From Tolypothrix carrinoi HA7290-LM1 (GTDB taxonomy: Bacteria; Cyanobacteriota; Cyanobacteriia; Cyanobacteriales; Nostocaceae), in the NCBI GenBank assembly GCA_019358935.1, contig JAHHIK010000007.1, positions 53,884 through 117,883 on the forward strand: 64,000 bases of DNA, read 5' to 3'. The position numbers and the translations under genes are program-made. Each line of letters begins with the position of its first letter. Within the stretch, counting starts at the first letter, position 1. This document shows, one piece after another, positions 40,947-52,000 of the stretch. Under the pieces are notes generated by a model, which did not search any database, had not been told where the DNA came from, and was given only the letters and a program-made list of their open reading frames with translations.

Positions 40947-41073
40947 TAGAGGGTGTTATGAACTCTGAAAATCATCGGCTCTGTGAGCCAGTTCCAATCA
41001 TTCCTCGAAAATCGCAACGAGGGCTGAATTTCGCTTCTGGACTAGGTTATATAGAAGTTCATAACACCCTCTA
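40947..41073. mobile_element. 127-bp MITE-like element
   Basis: Perfect 18-bp terminal inverted repeats TAGAGGGTGTTATGAACT / AGTTCATAACACCCTCTA, with TA at both ends; no coding capacity. Confidence 0.7.
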
Positions 41074-41116
41074 AGGGAGATATCCAGGTACACCCAGGAT
41101 TTCGTCGCCAATTTCG

Positions 41117-42688
41117 CTAGAGATGCGATTGAACTTGGACATTAAGTTTATTGGCAATGCTTTGTGAGGTACGCTCCGCTTTAATTAAATCTGCTGCTTT
41201 TTCACCAATCATGATGGTCGGTGCGTTCGTATTTCCCGTGGTGATTGTTGGCATGATGGAAGCATCAACAACTCGCAATCCCTCAACCCCATGTACCCGC
41301 AACTCAGGATCGACCACTGCCATTGGGTCAATGCCCATTTTGCAAGTGCCAACCGGATGCCACACAGTGCTGCAAGTGTCCCGAATGTAAGCTTCGAGTG
41401 CTGCATCACTCTGAACGTGGGAACCTGGAGCAATCTCCTCACCATGAAAATTATCAAAGGCACTGGTCTGAAACAATTGGCGGATTAATTTAACTCCCTC
41501 AACCAACTTTTGCACATCGGCTTGACTTTGTAGATAATTCATCCGAATGGTTGGTGGATCTTTGGGGTCAGGCGATCGCAAAGTGACGCTGCCAATATTT
41601 TGGAAACGGGTAAGAGAGACTGCACCTGTAAATCCAAAATCAGCAGGAGTATAACCAGGTGACAAGAATTGAATGGGGCCGAAAAAGAACTGCAAATCGG
41701 GTGCAGACTCCACATTGCCCTTGCTATGCAAAAATAATCCGGCTTCAACTCCATTACTGGTGATGGCAGGGTGTATATCTTGAGTAACTTCTTGAACGAC
41801 ACAAGTGAGAATGTGATCCTGAAGGTTTTGACCAACCCCCGGCAAATCTGCAACGACAGAAATTCCCATCGCTTGCAGATATTCTGCATCCCCAATACCA
41901 GAAAGCATTAGCAGTTTGGGCGAATCAAACGCACCCGCACTTAAAATCACTTCCTGGTTGACTCTGACCTGGTGGAGCCTACTTTCATGCAGATATTCCA
42001 CTCCCACACAGCGAGTGCCTTCAAACAGCAATCGCGTCACCAATGCCCCTGTCGTTACGGTCAAATTGGGACGATGGAAAATGGGTAGAAGAAAAGCAGC
42101 AGCAGCACTGTGCCGTTTACCATCCTTGACCGTCAACTGATAGAGTCCTACCCCTTCTTGCTGTACACCATTAAAATCAGGATTGTAGTTGTATCCCATT
42201 GACACACAGGCATCTACAAAGCGTTGGGAAACCACAGCAGGGGACATCAAATTGGTAACGCTCAACTCCCCATTAACCCCGTGAAATTCTGACGCGCCTC
42301 GCTGCTGTTGCTCCGATTTCTTGAAATAGGGCAAGACATCAAGGTACGACCAACCGGGATTTCCTAATTCCTGCCAGCGATCGTAATCTTGAGGATTGCC
42401 CCGGATATACATCATGAAATTAATCGAACTGCTGCCCCCCAAAACTTTGCCACGGGAACAAAACATTTTGCGGTAATTCAGGTAGGGTTCCGGCTCAGAA
42501 ACGTAACCCCAATCTACTTCAGAGCCTATTAGGCTAAAGCATTGCGCCGGAATTTGAATTTCTGGTTTTGTAGCTGGGTTGCCCGCTTCGAGGAGTAACA
42601 CGGTTGTGTCACAGTCTTCGGTTAGACGATTGGCAACCACACAACCAGCCGAACCTGCACCAATTACAATGTAGTTATAATTAGTCAT
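41117..42688 (-). CDS. GMC family oxidoreductase (choline dehydrogenase-like)
   Basis: IVIGAGSAG, RGKVLGGSSSIN, GQNLQDH, WHPVGTCKMG, GNTNAPTIMIGEKAAD. Confidence 0.93.
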   Translation of the reverse strand: MTNYNYIVIGAGSAGCVVANRLTEDCDTTVLLLEAGNPATKPEIQIPAQCFSLIGSEVDWGYVSEPEPYLNYRKMFCSRGKVLGGSSSINFMMYIRGNPQDYDRWQELGNPGWSYLDVLPYFKKSEQQQRGASEFHGVNGELSVTNLMSPAVVSQRFVDACVSMGYNYNPDFNGVQQEGVGLYQLTVKDGKRHSAAAAFLLPIFHRPNLTVTTGALVTRLLFEGTRCVGVEYLHESRLHQVRVNQEVILSAGAFDSPKLLMLSGIGDAEYLQAMGISVVADLPGVGQNLQDHILTCVVQEVTQDIHPAITSNGVEAGLFLHSKGNVESAPDLQFFFGPIQFLSPGYTPADFGFTGAVSLTRFQNIGSVTLRSPDPKDPPTIRMNYLQSQADVQKLVEGVKLIRQLFQTSAFDNFHGEEIAPGSHVQSDAALEAYIRDTCSTVWHPVGTCKMGIDPMAVVDPELRVHGVEGLRVVDASIMPTITTGNTNAPTIMIGEKAADLIKAERTSQSIANKLNVQVQSHL

Positions 42689-42804
42689 AAAGTTCTCTTC
42701 CTCTGTTATCTACAATGGATAAATGGAGTCAAGAATGAACTGATTTAAAGAGTGATTGCTGAAATACTGTTAGTTATTCATTTACAACACCCGATCTGCT
42801 GAAT

Positions 42805-43413
42805 TTAACTGCGTACCAATGGTGTATCCACCAAATGTTCTGCCAGAAACCAAACTTGCGTCTCATTAGTTCGCAGGACTTGGCTCACTAACAAATCGTT
42901 AGTGCCACTATCTTGATTTGCTGCTGTTTTATCGATCGCTACTCTCAATTCCCCAATGATTAACTCGTGCGCTTCCAGTAACCGCGACAACATCACGGGT
43001 ACTTCCTCAACGCCGTTGGGCGGACGCTTAATCTTAGTGACTTCTGCTACATGACGCGGGTCAGTGATTGCCACGCCTCCCAGTGTTTGTACCCGTTCAC
43101 CTAGTGCATCAATTAACTCAATTTGTTCACTGGCGTGTTTGTCGAGCAACAGATGCAGTTGATAAAACGTATGTCCGCGCATCAACCAGTGATGTTTCTT
43201 GTAAAGGTGATAGAGAATAATCGTATCTGCTAAAATTTGATTGACTAAAACACAGCTTTCGCTGCGGGTATTGGGGTTGAGAACAATTGGCAAATCACGA
43301 AGAGTACCATACTGCTGAATTTCATATCCATGTTGATGCAGTAAGGGTTGACTGCCATCGACTTCAGTGATACCTGTATTTTGAGTTGGCACGAGCGCAT
43401 CTCCTAGAGTCAA
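42805..43413 (-). CDS. dps: Dps family DNA-protection/ferritin-like protein
   Basis: LYKKHHW.MRG.TFYQLHLLLDKH, D.LGERVQTLGG, D.GTNDLL, WFLAEHL. Start uncertain. Confidence 0.88.
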   Translation of the reverse strand: MTLGDALVPTQNTGITEVDGSQPLLHQHGYEIQQYGTLRDLPIVLNPNTRSESCVLVNQILADTIILYHLYKKHHWLMRGHTFYQLHLLLDKHASEQIELIDALGERVQTLGGVAITDPRHVAEVTKIKRPPNGVEEVPVMLSRLLEAHELIIGELRVAIDKTAANQDSGTNDLLVSQVLRTNETQVWFLAEHLVDTPLVRS

Positions 43414-43469
43414 TAATTAAGTCTGTTCTATTTGTATGTACCGAGAAACTGCTTCTCTTAGGATTGGGA

Positions 43470-44279
43470 TTACTTCACAGCAGTGCTTGCTGCTTCAATC
43501 ACTTTGACAACCTCTTTTGGATGAGAGATAAAAGGAACATGACTGGAGTTAACTTCGGTTGTCTTAGCACTAATCCGTTTAGCCATAAATCGTTGAAGTT
43601 CAGGGTTGATGGCGCGATCGCTTTGAGTCACGAGAAACCAGGAAGGAATTGTTTTCCAGGCGATTTCATTCAGTGATTGCTCAAACGCTGCGCTGGCGAT
43701 CGGCTTTTGGGTTGCTGCCATCACTCGCGCCTCAGCCTTTGATACGTCTTGGGCAAAAAATTCGTGAAACTTCCCGCGATCGATATAGAGAAAGTTTGCA
43801 GCATCAGACACGATCGCCGTACTAATCGGAGGTGCTGCGTACTTTTTATTCAAATCACTCGTCTTTTCACCGACATCTGGTGCGAAAGCATTAACATAAA
43901 CCAGAGCTTTCACCTGTGGATTGCCAGCCCCCGCACCCGTGATCACATTTCCACCATAGGAATGTCCGACCAAAACAACGGAACCTTTTTGATTATTAAT
44001 CACCCGCTTCGTCGTTGCCACATCATCAGCAAGCGAGGTGAGCGGAATCTGCACAGCGGTCACTCTGTAGCCATCCTGCTCCAACAATGGAATGACGTGT
44101 TGCCATGATGTACCGTCAGCATAAGCCCCATGAACGAGAACGATCGCAGGTTTAGAGTTGGACGCTTGAGGTAATTCCCTGGAGGTGGCTGGTGTTGGAT
44201 GCATTGATATTCCAACGACAACACTTAATGCAAATAACCACAGCAACAATTTTTGAACTTTTTTCCATCTAAAAACCAT
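43470..44279 (-). CDS. Secreted alpha/beta hydrolase
   Basis: Signal peptide; VLVHGAYADG, GHSYGG, D.AINP, SSHVP. Confidence 0.88.
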   Translation of the reverse strand: MVFRWKKVQKLLLWLFALSVVVGISMHPTPATSRELPQASNSKPAIVLVHGAYADGTSWQHVIPLLEQDGYRVTAVQIPLTSLADDVATTKRVINNQKGSVVLVGHSYGGNVITGAGAGNPQVKALVYVNAFAPDVGEKTSDLNKKYAAPPISTAIVSDAANFLYIDRGKFHEFFAQDVSKAEARVMAATQKPIASAAFEQSLNEIAWKTIPSWFLVTQSDRAINPELQRFMAKRISAKTTEVNSSHVPFISHPKEVVKVIEAASTAVK

Positions 44280-44391
44280 CAGATCGCCTCTGTATTCTTG
44301 CTAAATTGCTGAAATCTCTGGTTCTTGTCTCCGTATAGAAATTATGAAATACTCCCCGCTGAAATACTTGTTGGGATAAGAATCAAAAACC

Positions 44392-44949
44392 TTAATCATT
44401 TGCAGCAACAATGGCTGCCATTATCTGCTCAACAGTCCAGCAATCAAGATAGCGAATTCCATTAATAAACAAAGCGGGCGCAGCCTCCACTCCACTTTGC
44501 AGTCCACCTTCGATATCCGCATTGATACGATCAACATACGCTCCCCTGGATAAATCCTGCAAAAATTGAGAAATATCAAGTCCTAAACGATTGGCGTACT
44601 CTACTAGATAGCCATTCTCTAACTCTTGTTGATGAATGAACAATATTTCATGCATTTGCCAAAACTGCCCTTGAGCCGCTGCGGCTTCCGCAGCTTCCGC
44701 TGCTCGTTGAGCATGTGGATGAATCTGTACCTGAGGAAAATGACGGAAGATAAAACCTAAATTGTTTTCTCCAAACGAAACCTTCAATTGCTGTTGAGCA
44801 ACTTTAATCAATCGATAGACGTTGGCACTTTGAAAACATTCATAATCTCCATACATGACGAATACTACAGCAGCATTCAGTACACCTTGGATACGATCCT
44901 GGGTTGAAGGCAGAACGAATAGAGAACGATTATCACGGTCGTAAGTCAT
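44392..44949 (-). CDS. DsbA/thioredoxin-fold protein (second Cys of CxxC replaced: ECFQS)
   Basis: YGDYECFQS, FRHFP, HAQRAAEAAEAA..QGQFWQMH, G...P..FING. Confidence 0.82.
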   Translation of the reverse strand: MTYDRDNRSLFVLPSTQDRIQGVLNAAVVFVMYGDYECFQSANVYRLIKVAQQQLKVSFGENNLGFIFRHFPQVQIHPHAQRAAEAAEAAAAQGQFWQMHEILFIHQQELENGYLVEYANRLGLDISQFLQDLSRGAYVDRINADIEGGLQSGVEAAPALFINGIRYLDCWTVEQIMAAIVAAND

Positions 44950-45014
44950 CTTTCGGTTTGTATTAAGCAAACTTAAGCCTCACAAACCAACTGCATCTAC
45001 ATCACTATGGATTC

Positions 45015-45130
45015 AATATAGACTATTGATCTTCTCTTGTCGTCCACTCTGGGTTGGCATTTTTGTACAATCGAGTGATGGATGAACCTGTCCATCTCGC
45101 AGTGGAAGGTTGTCTCCAACTTTAGTTGGA
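45015..45130 (-). promoter_or_regulatory. Promoter with four 16-bp boxes phased at 24 bp and a TATATT -10-like hexamer
   Basis: Boxes at 45115, 45091, 45067 and 45043 (on - strand TCCAACTAAAGTTGGA, TCCACTGCGAGATGGA, TCCATCACTCGATTGT, GCCAACCCAGAGTGGA), then CGACAAG, with TATATT 22 nt after the last box, exactly as at 22005-22120. Confidence 0.7.
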
Positions 45131-45159
45131 GTCTAAAGCCAATCTAAAGGGGAAAAGTT

Positions 45160-45412
45160 CAGAAGGCAGAAGGCAGAAGGCAGGAGGCAGAAGGCAGAAG
45201 GTAGAAGGCAGAAGGCAGAAGGGAACCCACGTTTAAAAACGTGGGATTGAAGTAAGGACGCCTTGTGTCTCGTGGCACTTTCCGCGACGCAGGAGCGTCG
45301 CTAACGCTGCGCTATCGACACAAATCTTTTTATACTAATGGGCAATAACCCACAACTAAAGTTTTCATTAATACTTCTTTCCTTCTGCCTTCTGCCCTCT
45401 GCCTCCTGCCTT
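45160..45412. repeat. STRR-type heptamer repeats (CAGAAGG x9) with inverted copies (x4)
   Basis: 45160-45222 (CAGAAGG)9 with two variant units; 45381-45412 (CCTTCTG)4; typical of heterocystous cyanobacteria. Confidence 0.85.
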
Positions 45413-45453
45413 TCTTTGTAAAGATTCACTTCCCTTCCCTTCTTTTTCCCCAT

Positions 45454-46083
45454 TTACAAACTGACAATCCCACGCTTAACAGCAGTAATCACGGCTTGTG
45501 TGCGATCGCTCACACCCAGTTTGCTCAAAATCCGATTTACATGCGATTTGACGGTACTTTCACCAATACTCAAAGCAGTCCCAATTTCTTGATTACCCAT
45601 TCCTTGTGCCATCAAACGCAGCACTTCCAACTCTCGTTCACTAAGTTCTGGATTGCTCATTCGCTGCAATAATTTTGCGCCCACTTCTGGTGGAATATAT
45701 TTCTGACCATTATGAATGGCGCGAATCGCATTCAAAAGCTCGCCAAGTTTAGAATCCTTAAGCAGATAGCCTTGAGCGCCTGCCTGTAAACCGCGATAGA
45801 TATCTTCATCGCCATCGTAAGTTGTGAGTACCGCGATCCGAGCCTGCTTAAATTCAGCACAAATCGCCATAATGGCTTCAACACCTCCCATTTTGGGCAT
45901 TCGTAAATCCATTAGTGTGACATCAGGTTGGTATTCTCGAAACGCGTCGATCGCCTGCTGCCCATCTTCAGCTTGAGCGATCACTGTCATTTCTGGATCG
46001 CGGTTAATGATGGTTGCTAGACCCTTTCTGACTATGGCATGGTCGTCAACAATCAGCACCCGAATCGTAGTGGATTGGCTCAT
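45454..46083 (-). CDS. NarL/LuxR-family response regulator
   Basis: VLIVDDH, LMDLRMP, LTTYD, GYLLKD, LSERELEVL..MAQG..NQEI...L.I.ESTVKSHV. Confidence 0.95.
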   Translation of the reverse strand: MSQSTTIRVLIVDDHAIVRKGLATIINRDPEMTVIAQAEDGQQAIDAFREYQPDVTLMDLRMPKMGGVEAIMAICAEFKQARIAVLTTYDGDEDIYRGLQAGAQGYLLKDSKLGELLNAIRAIHNGQKYIPPEVGAKLLQRMSNPELSERELEVLRLMAQGMGNQEIGTALSIGESTVKSHVNRILSKLGVSDRTQAVITAVKRGIVSL

Positions 46084-46091
46084 TGTAATTC

Positions 46092-49000
46092 TCACTCTCG
46101 ATTGATAGTGACAATAATTTCTGTTCCTTGACCCGGTTGACTTTGAATCGTCAGTTGTGCGTTAATACGCTCTGCTCGTTCGCTCATTCCTAATAAGCCA
46201 AACCCACCACTCAAAGGAATGCTACCCACTCCAAAGCCCCTGCCATCGTCTTTAACCCGTAAGATACACTGTGTCTCGTTGTACATTAACTCAACCCGAA
46301 TTTCGCTGGCACAAGCGTATTTAATCGCATTGGTTAATGCTTCCTGCCCAATTCTAAGTAAGTTATTCTCTACTTCAGTTGGTAAGGAATAGGCTGTACC
46401 CTGAGTTTCGCAAATCAGAGCCGTGTCGGTCGTCGATCGCATTTGAGCCACAATACGATGCAGGGCACTCTCTAAATTACCCTCTTCTAGTAGCCGCGGA
46501 CGGAGTGCTGATACGGATCGCCGTGCCCCTGCCAGCCCAGCGCGTGCTAGTTCCTCAATCATTTCCAGATGTACTTGGGTTGCTTCCGGGTCATCCGCCA
46601 GCACCTGTTCTGCTGCTCTAACCTGAAGCAGAATACCTGTGAAGGATTGAGCCAGTGTATCATGAATTTCTCGCGCCATCCGGTTGCGTTCTTCCAGAAT
46701 GGAGGCTTGCTCAGCTCGTTTGCGTTCGCGCAGTGCAGCGTTTCGCTGTTCGCTAATGTCAAGAATTATTCCTAGCATCCGCACAGGCTGTCCGGCTGTG
46801 TCATAAATTCCTCGACCTCGACCTACCAGCCAATGAATACTGCCATCTGGATGAATGACTCGATATTCAGCTTCAAAATCAGTATGAGTTTCTAGAGCTG
46901 TTGTAATAGCTTGTTCAACCCGATGAATGTCTTCTGGATAAACGCGATCGCGCCATACCTGATAGCTGCTCTCAACCTCACCGGGAACTAACCCCAGCAA
47001 TCGAGCATAATTGTCGTTCCAATCTATTTTGTTCTCCGTGATATTCCAGTTGCAACTACCGATGTGCGTGAAGTCCATCGTCAGCCTGCGTTGCTCTTCA
47101 CTTTGTCGCAAGGCATTCTCCACTCGTTGGCGCTCTTCAATTTCCTGCCAAAGGAGCAAAGTCCGCTCAGTAATTTGCTGTTCTAACGTTTGGTTGTAGT
47201 CGGCTAGAAGTTTCTCTGCTTGTTTGCGCTCAGTGATATCTTGAAAGGCTACAATCGCATAAGCTACCTTGCCCTGTTCGTCAAAAACTGGCGTTCCCCA
47301 TGCCTCAATGGGAATAATAGTCTCGCCTTGGTGAATCTCTAAATCATCCGTTCTTGTACGTTCGCCTTTTAACGCTCGGACGATTGGCATCTTCTCAGAT
47401 GAACAGTTTTGATCCGTTCCAGCCAGGTAAACTTGATAAACCTCTGCAAGATGCTCTGGTGTTGCGGAAGGATCGACGCCTTTGCCTAATAGCTGAATGC
47501 CTCGTTGATTGACATAGTAAGGGCGACCAGTCGCATCCAAAACCCCAACTCCCACTGGAACCGCCTCTAGAAATTGATTTATCTGACTTTCGCTAGCGCG
47601 TAGTTTCGAGTAGAGTTTGGCATTTTCAATCGCGATCGCTGCCTGAGTAGATAGAAGATTCAAAAGTTGCGTTCGCGTAGCGTCTCCTTCGGAGAATCGT
47701 TCCGGTGTAAATGCTCCAGTTGCCAACTGATTTTCTAAATACAACACACCGATGAGCTTGCTTTGATTGAGCAGCGGTAAACAAAAGACTGATTGAGTCT
47801 GGTGGTGTTGAATATAGGGATCATTGATAAAATTACCTTCATGAGTAGCATCATTGAGAATGACCGACTTATGAGTCCGAATCACATAATGAATGATCGA
47901 TTCAGGTAAACGATTTGCGATCGGAGTCGATTGCAGCACTTGGGTTGCACAGACCTGTGCACCCTCAATGAGTTCACAGGTCGCTTCGATCATCCATTCT
48001 CCTGCGTTTTCTAAAAGCAGACAACCAGTTTGTGCTCCAGCATTTTCAATTAAAATCTGCATGAGAGAGCTGAGCAATCGCTCCAATTCAATTTCACTCG
48101 AAATTGCTTGAGCTGCTTTCATCACCGTCGCTAAATCGAGAGCAGTATGTAAGGTATTTGAGATGGTTTCACCAGTTATGGTGCGAACTGGTGTAGAAAC
48201 TACGTTGGACGACTGAGGAAATAGTTGAGGATAACGAGTTTCTAAATCTTTAACCTTTGCCATTGCTCCCCACCGTTCATAGCAGTAGTGAGCTTCTTTC
48301 ATGTAGGTTTGGGCGATCTTTTGCCGACCTCGCACCAGATAATGTTTAGCAGCTAACTCATAGGCTAACGCCTCTTCCTGGATATATTCATTTTCCCTGG
48401 CTCCTTGAATTGCTTGTTCATAGAATTCCTCTGCTTCAAACCACTGACTTAGAACTCGTGCAGTCTCTGCTTGCACCAGATGATATTTATGCAAACAATT
48501 CATTGGCGCATACTGTGCCCATTGCTTCATTTTCTCCTGACTAACCGTAACTTTTTTGAGGAGTTCCTCCTGCACTTGAGTGCCGCTTTCAGAGTATATG
48601 GCGAGTCTTGCCAGCGCATCATATAGATAGTAAAAAGGACCAACAGGTGTGCCTGTTATTCGGATTAAATAACGTTCTGCTATGGTTGAGTTTTTAACTG
48701 CCTGAGCATACTCAGAAAATAGGTAGCACAGGAAAAGTTTATGGAAATAGACATCAAAGGTTGCCGTTCCATCATTTGTTACTTCATGTTGTGGCAATCC
48801 ATTTTCTTCATTGTAGAATTCGCCAACTAGACGAGTTGGGTTGACCGAAAAGCCCATCAAATTTGCGATCGCCTGCTGATATATTTGGTTCCAGGTTAGC
48901 GCCGTTTTCTGTTTGATTTGACGAATTGCTTCATTGTATTTCGTCATCTCGCGCTCAACTTCTACGAGTTCCTTTCCAACTGCGTAGAATTGGAAGCAAT

Positions 49001-52000
49001 AACAATGAGCACAATAAGCAGCAAACTCTAAATCTCCAACTTCTAAACCTCTTTGGTAGGCTTCTAGCAAGGGCTGGGTTGTGTTTCTAATATGCTCTTT
49101 CCAATGAATAATAAAGTTATTCACAATGAGTAATGTTCTAGCTCTGAGAGAATGAACATTAAGGTGTGATAATAGATTTAGCGCAAGTTGTCCAAACTCG
49201 TACCCAATCTCAATGTTCCCACTCGTTCCACAAAGAATTAATCCGTAAAAAGCATAGGCAAAGGGAGATACAACAGCATTACCAGATTGAATTGATAAGT
49301 TTACTTGTTTAGACACAAGCAGAGGCATCAAATCAGGAGCCGCAACATAGGCAGCAATCGTGATGCTTGATAAGATTCGCATCGCCGCCAACTTGTCCGG
49401 TTCGGTCATTTCCGGCAAATGGAGCAAGTCCTCGATTGGCTTCTTGCCAATAAGTGATGTGATTGTGTCTAGCTCAAGCTGAATGTCTGACTGAGTTGGT
49501 GTTTCAGGAAAACTGATTCCCAGTTGCTGCAAAACTTGCAATCCAGTGTTGATTGCTTCTAATGGCTGGTTCTGCGCGATGTCAGTTTGAATTTTGACTT
49601 CGTAAACTTTCACGATGTCGAGAACCGTTTTGGCTGCTTGCAGAACAACCACTGCCCAGGATTCTACCTGCTCAAACTCGCCACACAAATACGCGACTTC
49701 TGTTGTTTCTGTATATAACTCTAAGGTCAGCTCATAGTTAGTTTGCCAACTGGAGTCTGCCAGCCATGCTCTACCTCTGGCTAAATAGTTTTGAGCCACA
49801 CTATAGGCGATCGCAGCTTTTGCTTTCTGTCCTGTGATTAAATTTAATCTAGCAATTTCATTGCGTTCTAGTTGATCTGTGACAAGCTCAATTCCATGAT
49901 TAAGATGATCGACAATTTCAAACAGTCGGTCTGATAGTCTCTCTGGCAAAGTTTTTCCGAGGAGATTGCGACCAATTTGTAAATGAACAATTTGTTTTTG
50001 CGACTCATCGATTAAGGTGTATGAGGCTTGCTGCACGCGATCGTGCAAGAACTTATACTCTTGAATTAACAAGTTTTCATCTAATTCAGATAGTGGTTGA
50101 ATTAATCCAACTTGTATGGCTGTTAGTAAATCTTGAAAAATCGTTTCAGGTGGTTTCTCACAAACAATCGATAGAGTATCTAAATTAAACTCAGCGCCGA
50201 CGCAAGCAGCTAACCGGAGAATTTGCTGTGTATTCTCTGGCAGTTTCTTCAACTTGTGAAGCATCAACTCCACAACATTATCAGTGATATCTTGGGCTTG
50301 GATCTGAGCTATGTTCCACTGCCAGCTTAAGTCTTCAGCATCAAAGCTCAATAAATTTTCGCTATGCAGCATTCTCAAAAATTCACTGACAAAGAAGGGA
50401 TTGCCCTCAGTTTTACGCAACACCAACTCAGCTAACGGACGAACGGTGTCTGCATTCCGATGTAGCGTCTCGGCAATCAACTGACTCAACGGACCCAGCG
50501 TTAAGGGTGTTAAGATAATTTCCTGAAGCACTGCCCCTTGTTTTCGCAGTCTCTCTAGCATTAATGCTAATGGATGCGTTGGATTTACTTCATTATCTCG
50601 ATAGGCTCCAATTAAAAATAGTGATTTGGTTTGCTCATCCAGCAGCATCAACTCGATTAACTTCAGCGTTGCTGAGTCTATCCACTGCAAATCATCTAAG
50701 AAAATCGCAAGGGGATGTGATTCTGAACAAAACACCCGCACAAACTGCCCAAAGATTCGATGAAAGCGATTTTGAGCTTCAGTTGCTCCCACTTCTGGTA
50801 CGGGTGGCTGCTTGCCAACAATCAATTCAACTTCCGGGATCACATCAATGATGATTTGTGCGTTGTTTCCCAAAGCTGTAAGTAAGAGCGATCGCCACTG
50901 TTGCACTTGTTCGTCTGGTTCACTGAGCAATTGCTGCACCAATTTTTGCAGAGCATCTGCGATCGCGCTGTAGGGAATATTGCGCTGAAATTGATCGAAT
51001 TTACCAGAGATAAAATAGCCGCGCTTTTGGGTAATTGGTTTATAGATTTCTTGCACTAACGCAGATTTACCAATGCCAGCATAGCCAGATACCAACATCA
51101 TTTCGACTTGGAATTTTGGTTCGCCTCTTTGTTCGCTTTGTGAAGTTGTTTCTGAATTGTTTGGTAGAGAAGCAACGCGATTTGACTCTGGACACGCTAT
51201 GCGATTGTCCTCCGGACACGCAACGCGAACAAACGCCGCCAGTAACATTGCAACTTCCTTGTCCCGTCCATACAGTTTTTGGGGAATTTGAAACTGACCC
51301 GAAACGTCTTGAAGCGCCAGTTGAATGCTAGAGATTTGACCGATTTCTTCTAATTGTTCAGCACAGATTTCTAAATCCGCTTTGATGCCCCAAGCACTTT
51401 GATAACGATTTTCAGCATTTTTCGCCATCAGTTTGAGAATGATATCTGAAACTGGCTTGGGAATCGTTGTATTTATTTCATTAGGCGGAATAGGATGTTT
51501 GGCAATATGACAATGGACTAGCTCCAGCACGTCTGTGGTGGGAAATGGTAGTTGTCCAGTGAGCAGTTCGTAAAATGTCACACCAAGGGAGTAAAAATCG
51601 GTGCGGTAATCGAGTAAACGGTTCATCCGCCCTGTTTGCTCTGGAGACAGGTAGGTGAGGGTTCCTTCTAAAACATGAGGGTTCTTGAAAGTCGGATTCG
51701 TGCGGTTAAATTGGGTGGCAATTCCAAAGTCAATAATTTTGACAACACCAGTATCTAGGTTGAGGACTATGTTTCCAGGGTTGATATCTTTATGAATGAT
51801 ATTGGCTGCATGGATTCTGCCTAGAATATCGCAAACAGCGATCGCAAAACCTAGAAAAGTCGATAAAGGTATCGGGCAGAAAATATCTGGACGCTTGTGT
51901 ATCCATTGCTCTAAGGACTCTCCCCCAAAATCTTCTAAGAGAATCACCAGAGTGCGTTGATAGTCTTGCTGACTGTATGCCTTCACCACTCCCTCCAAGT

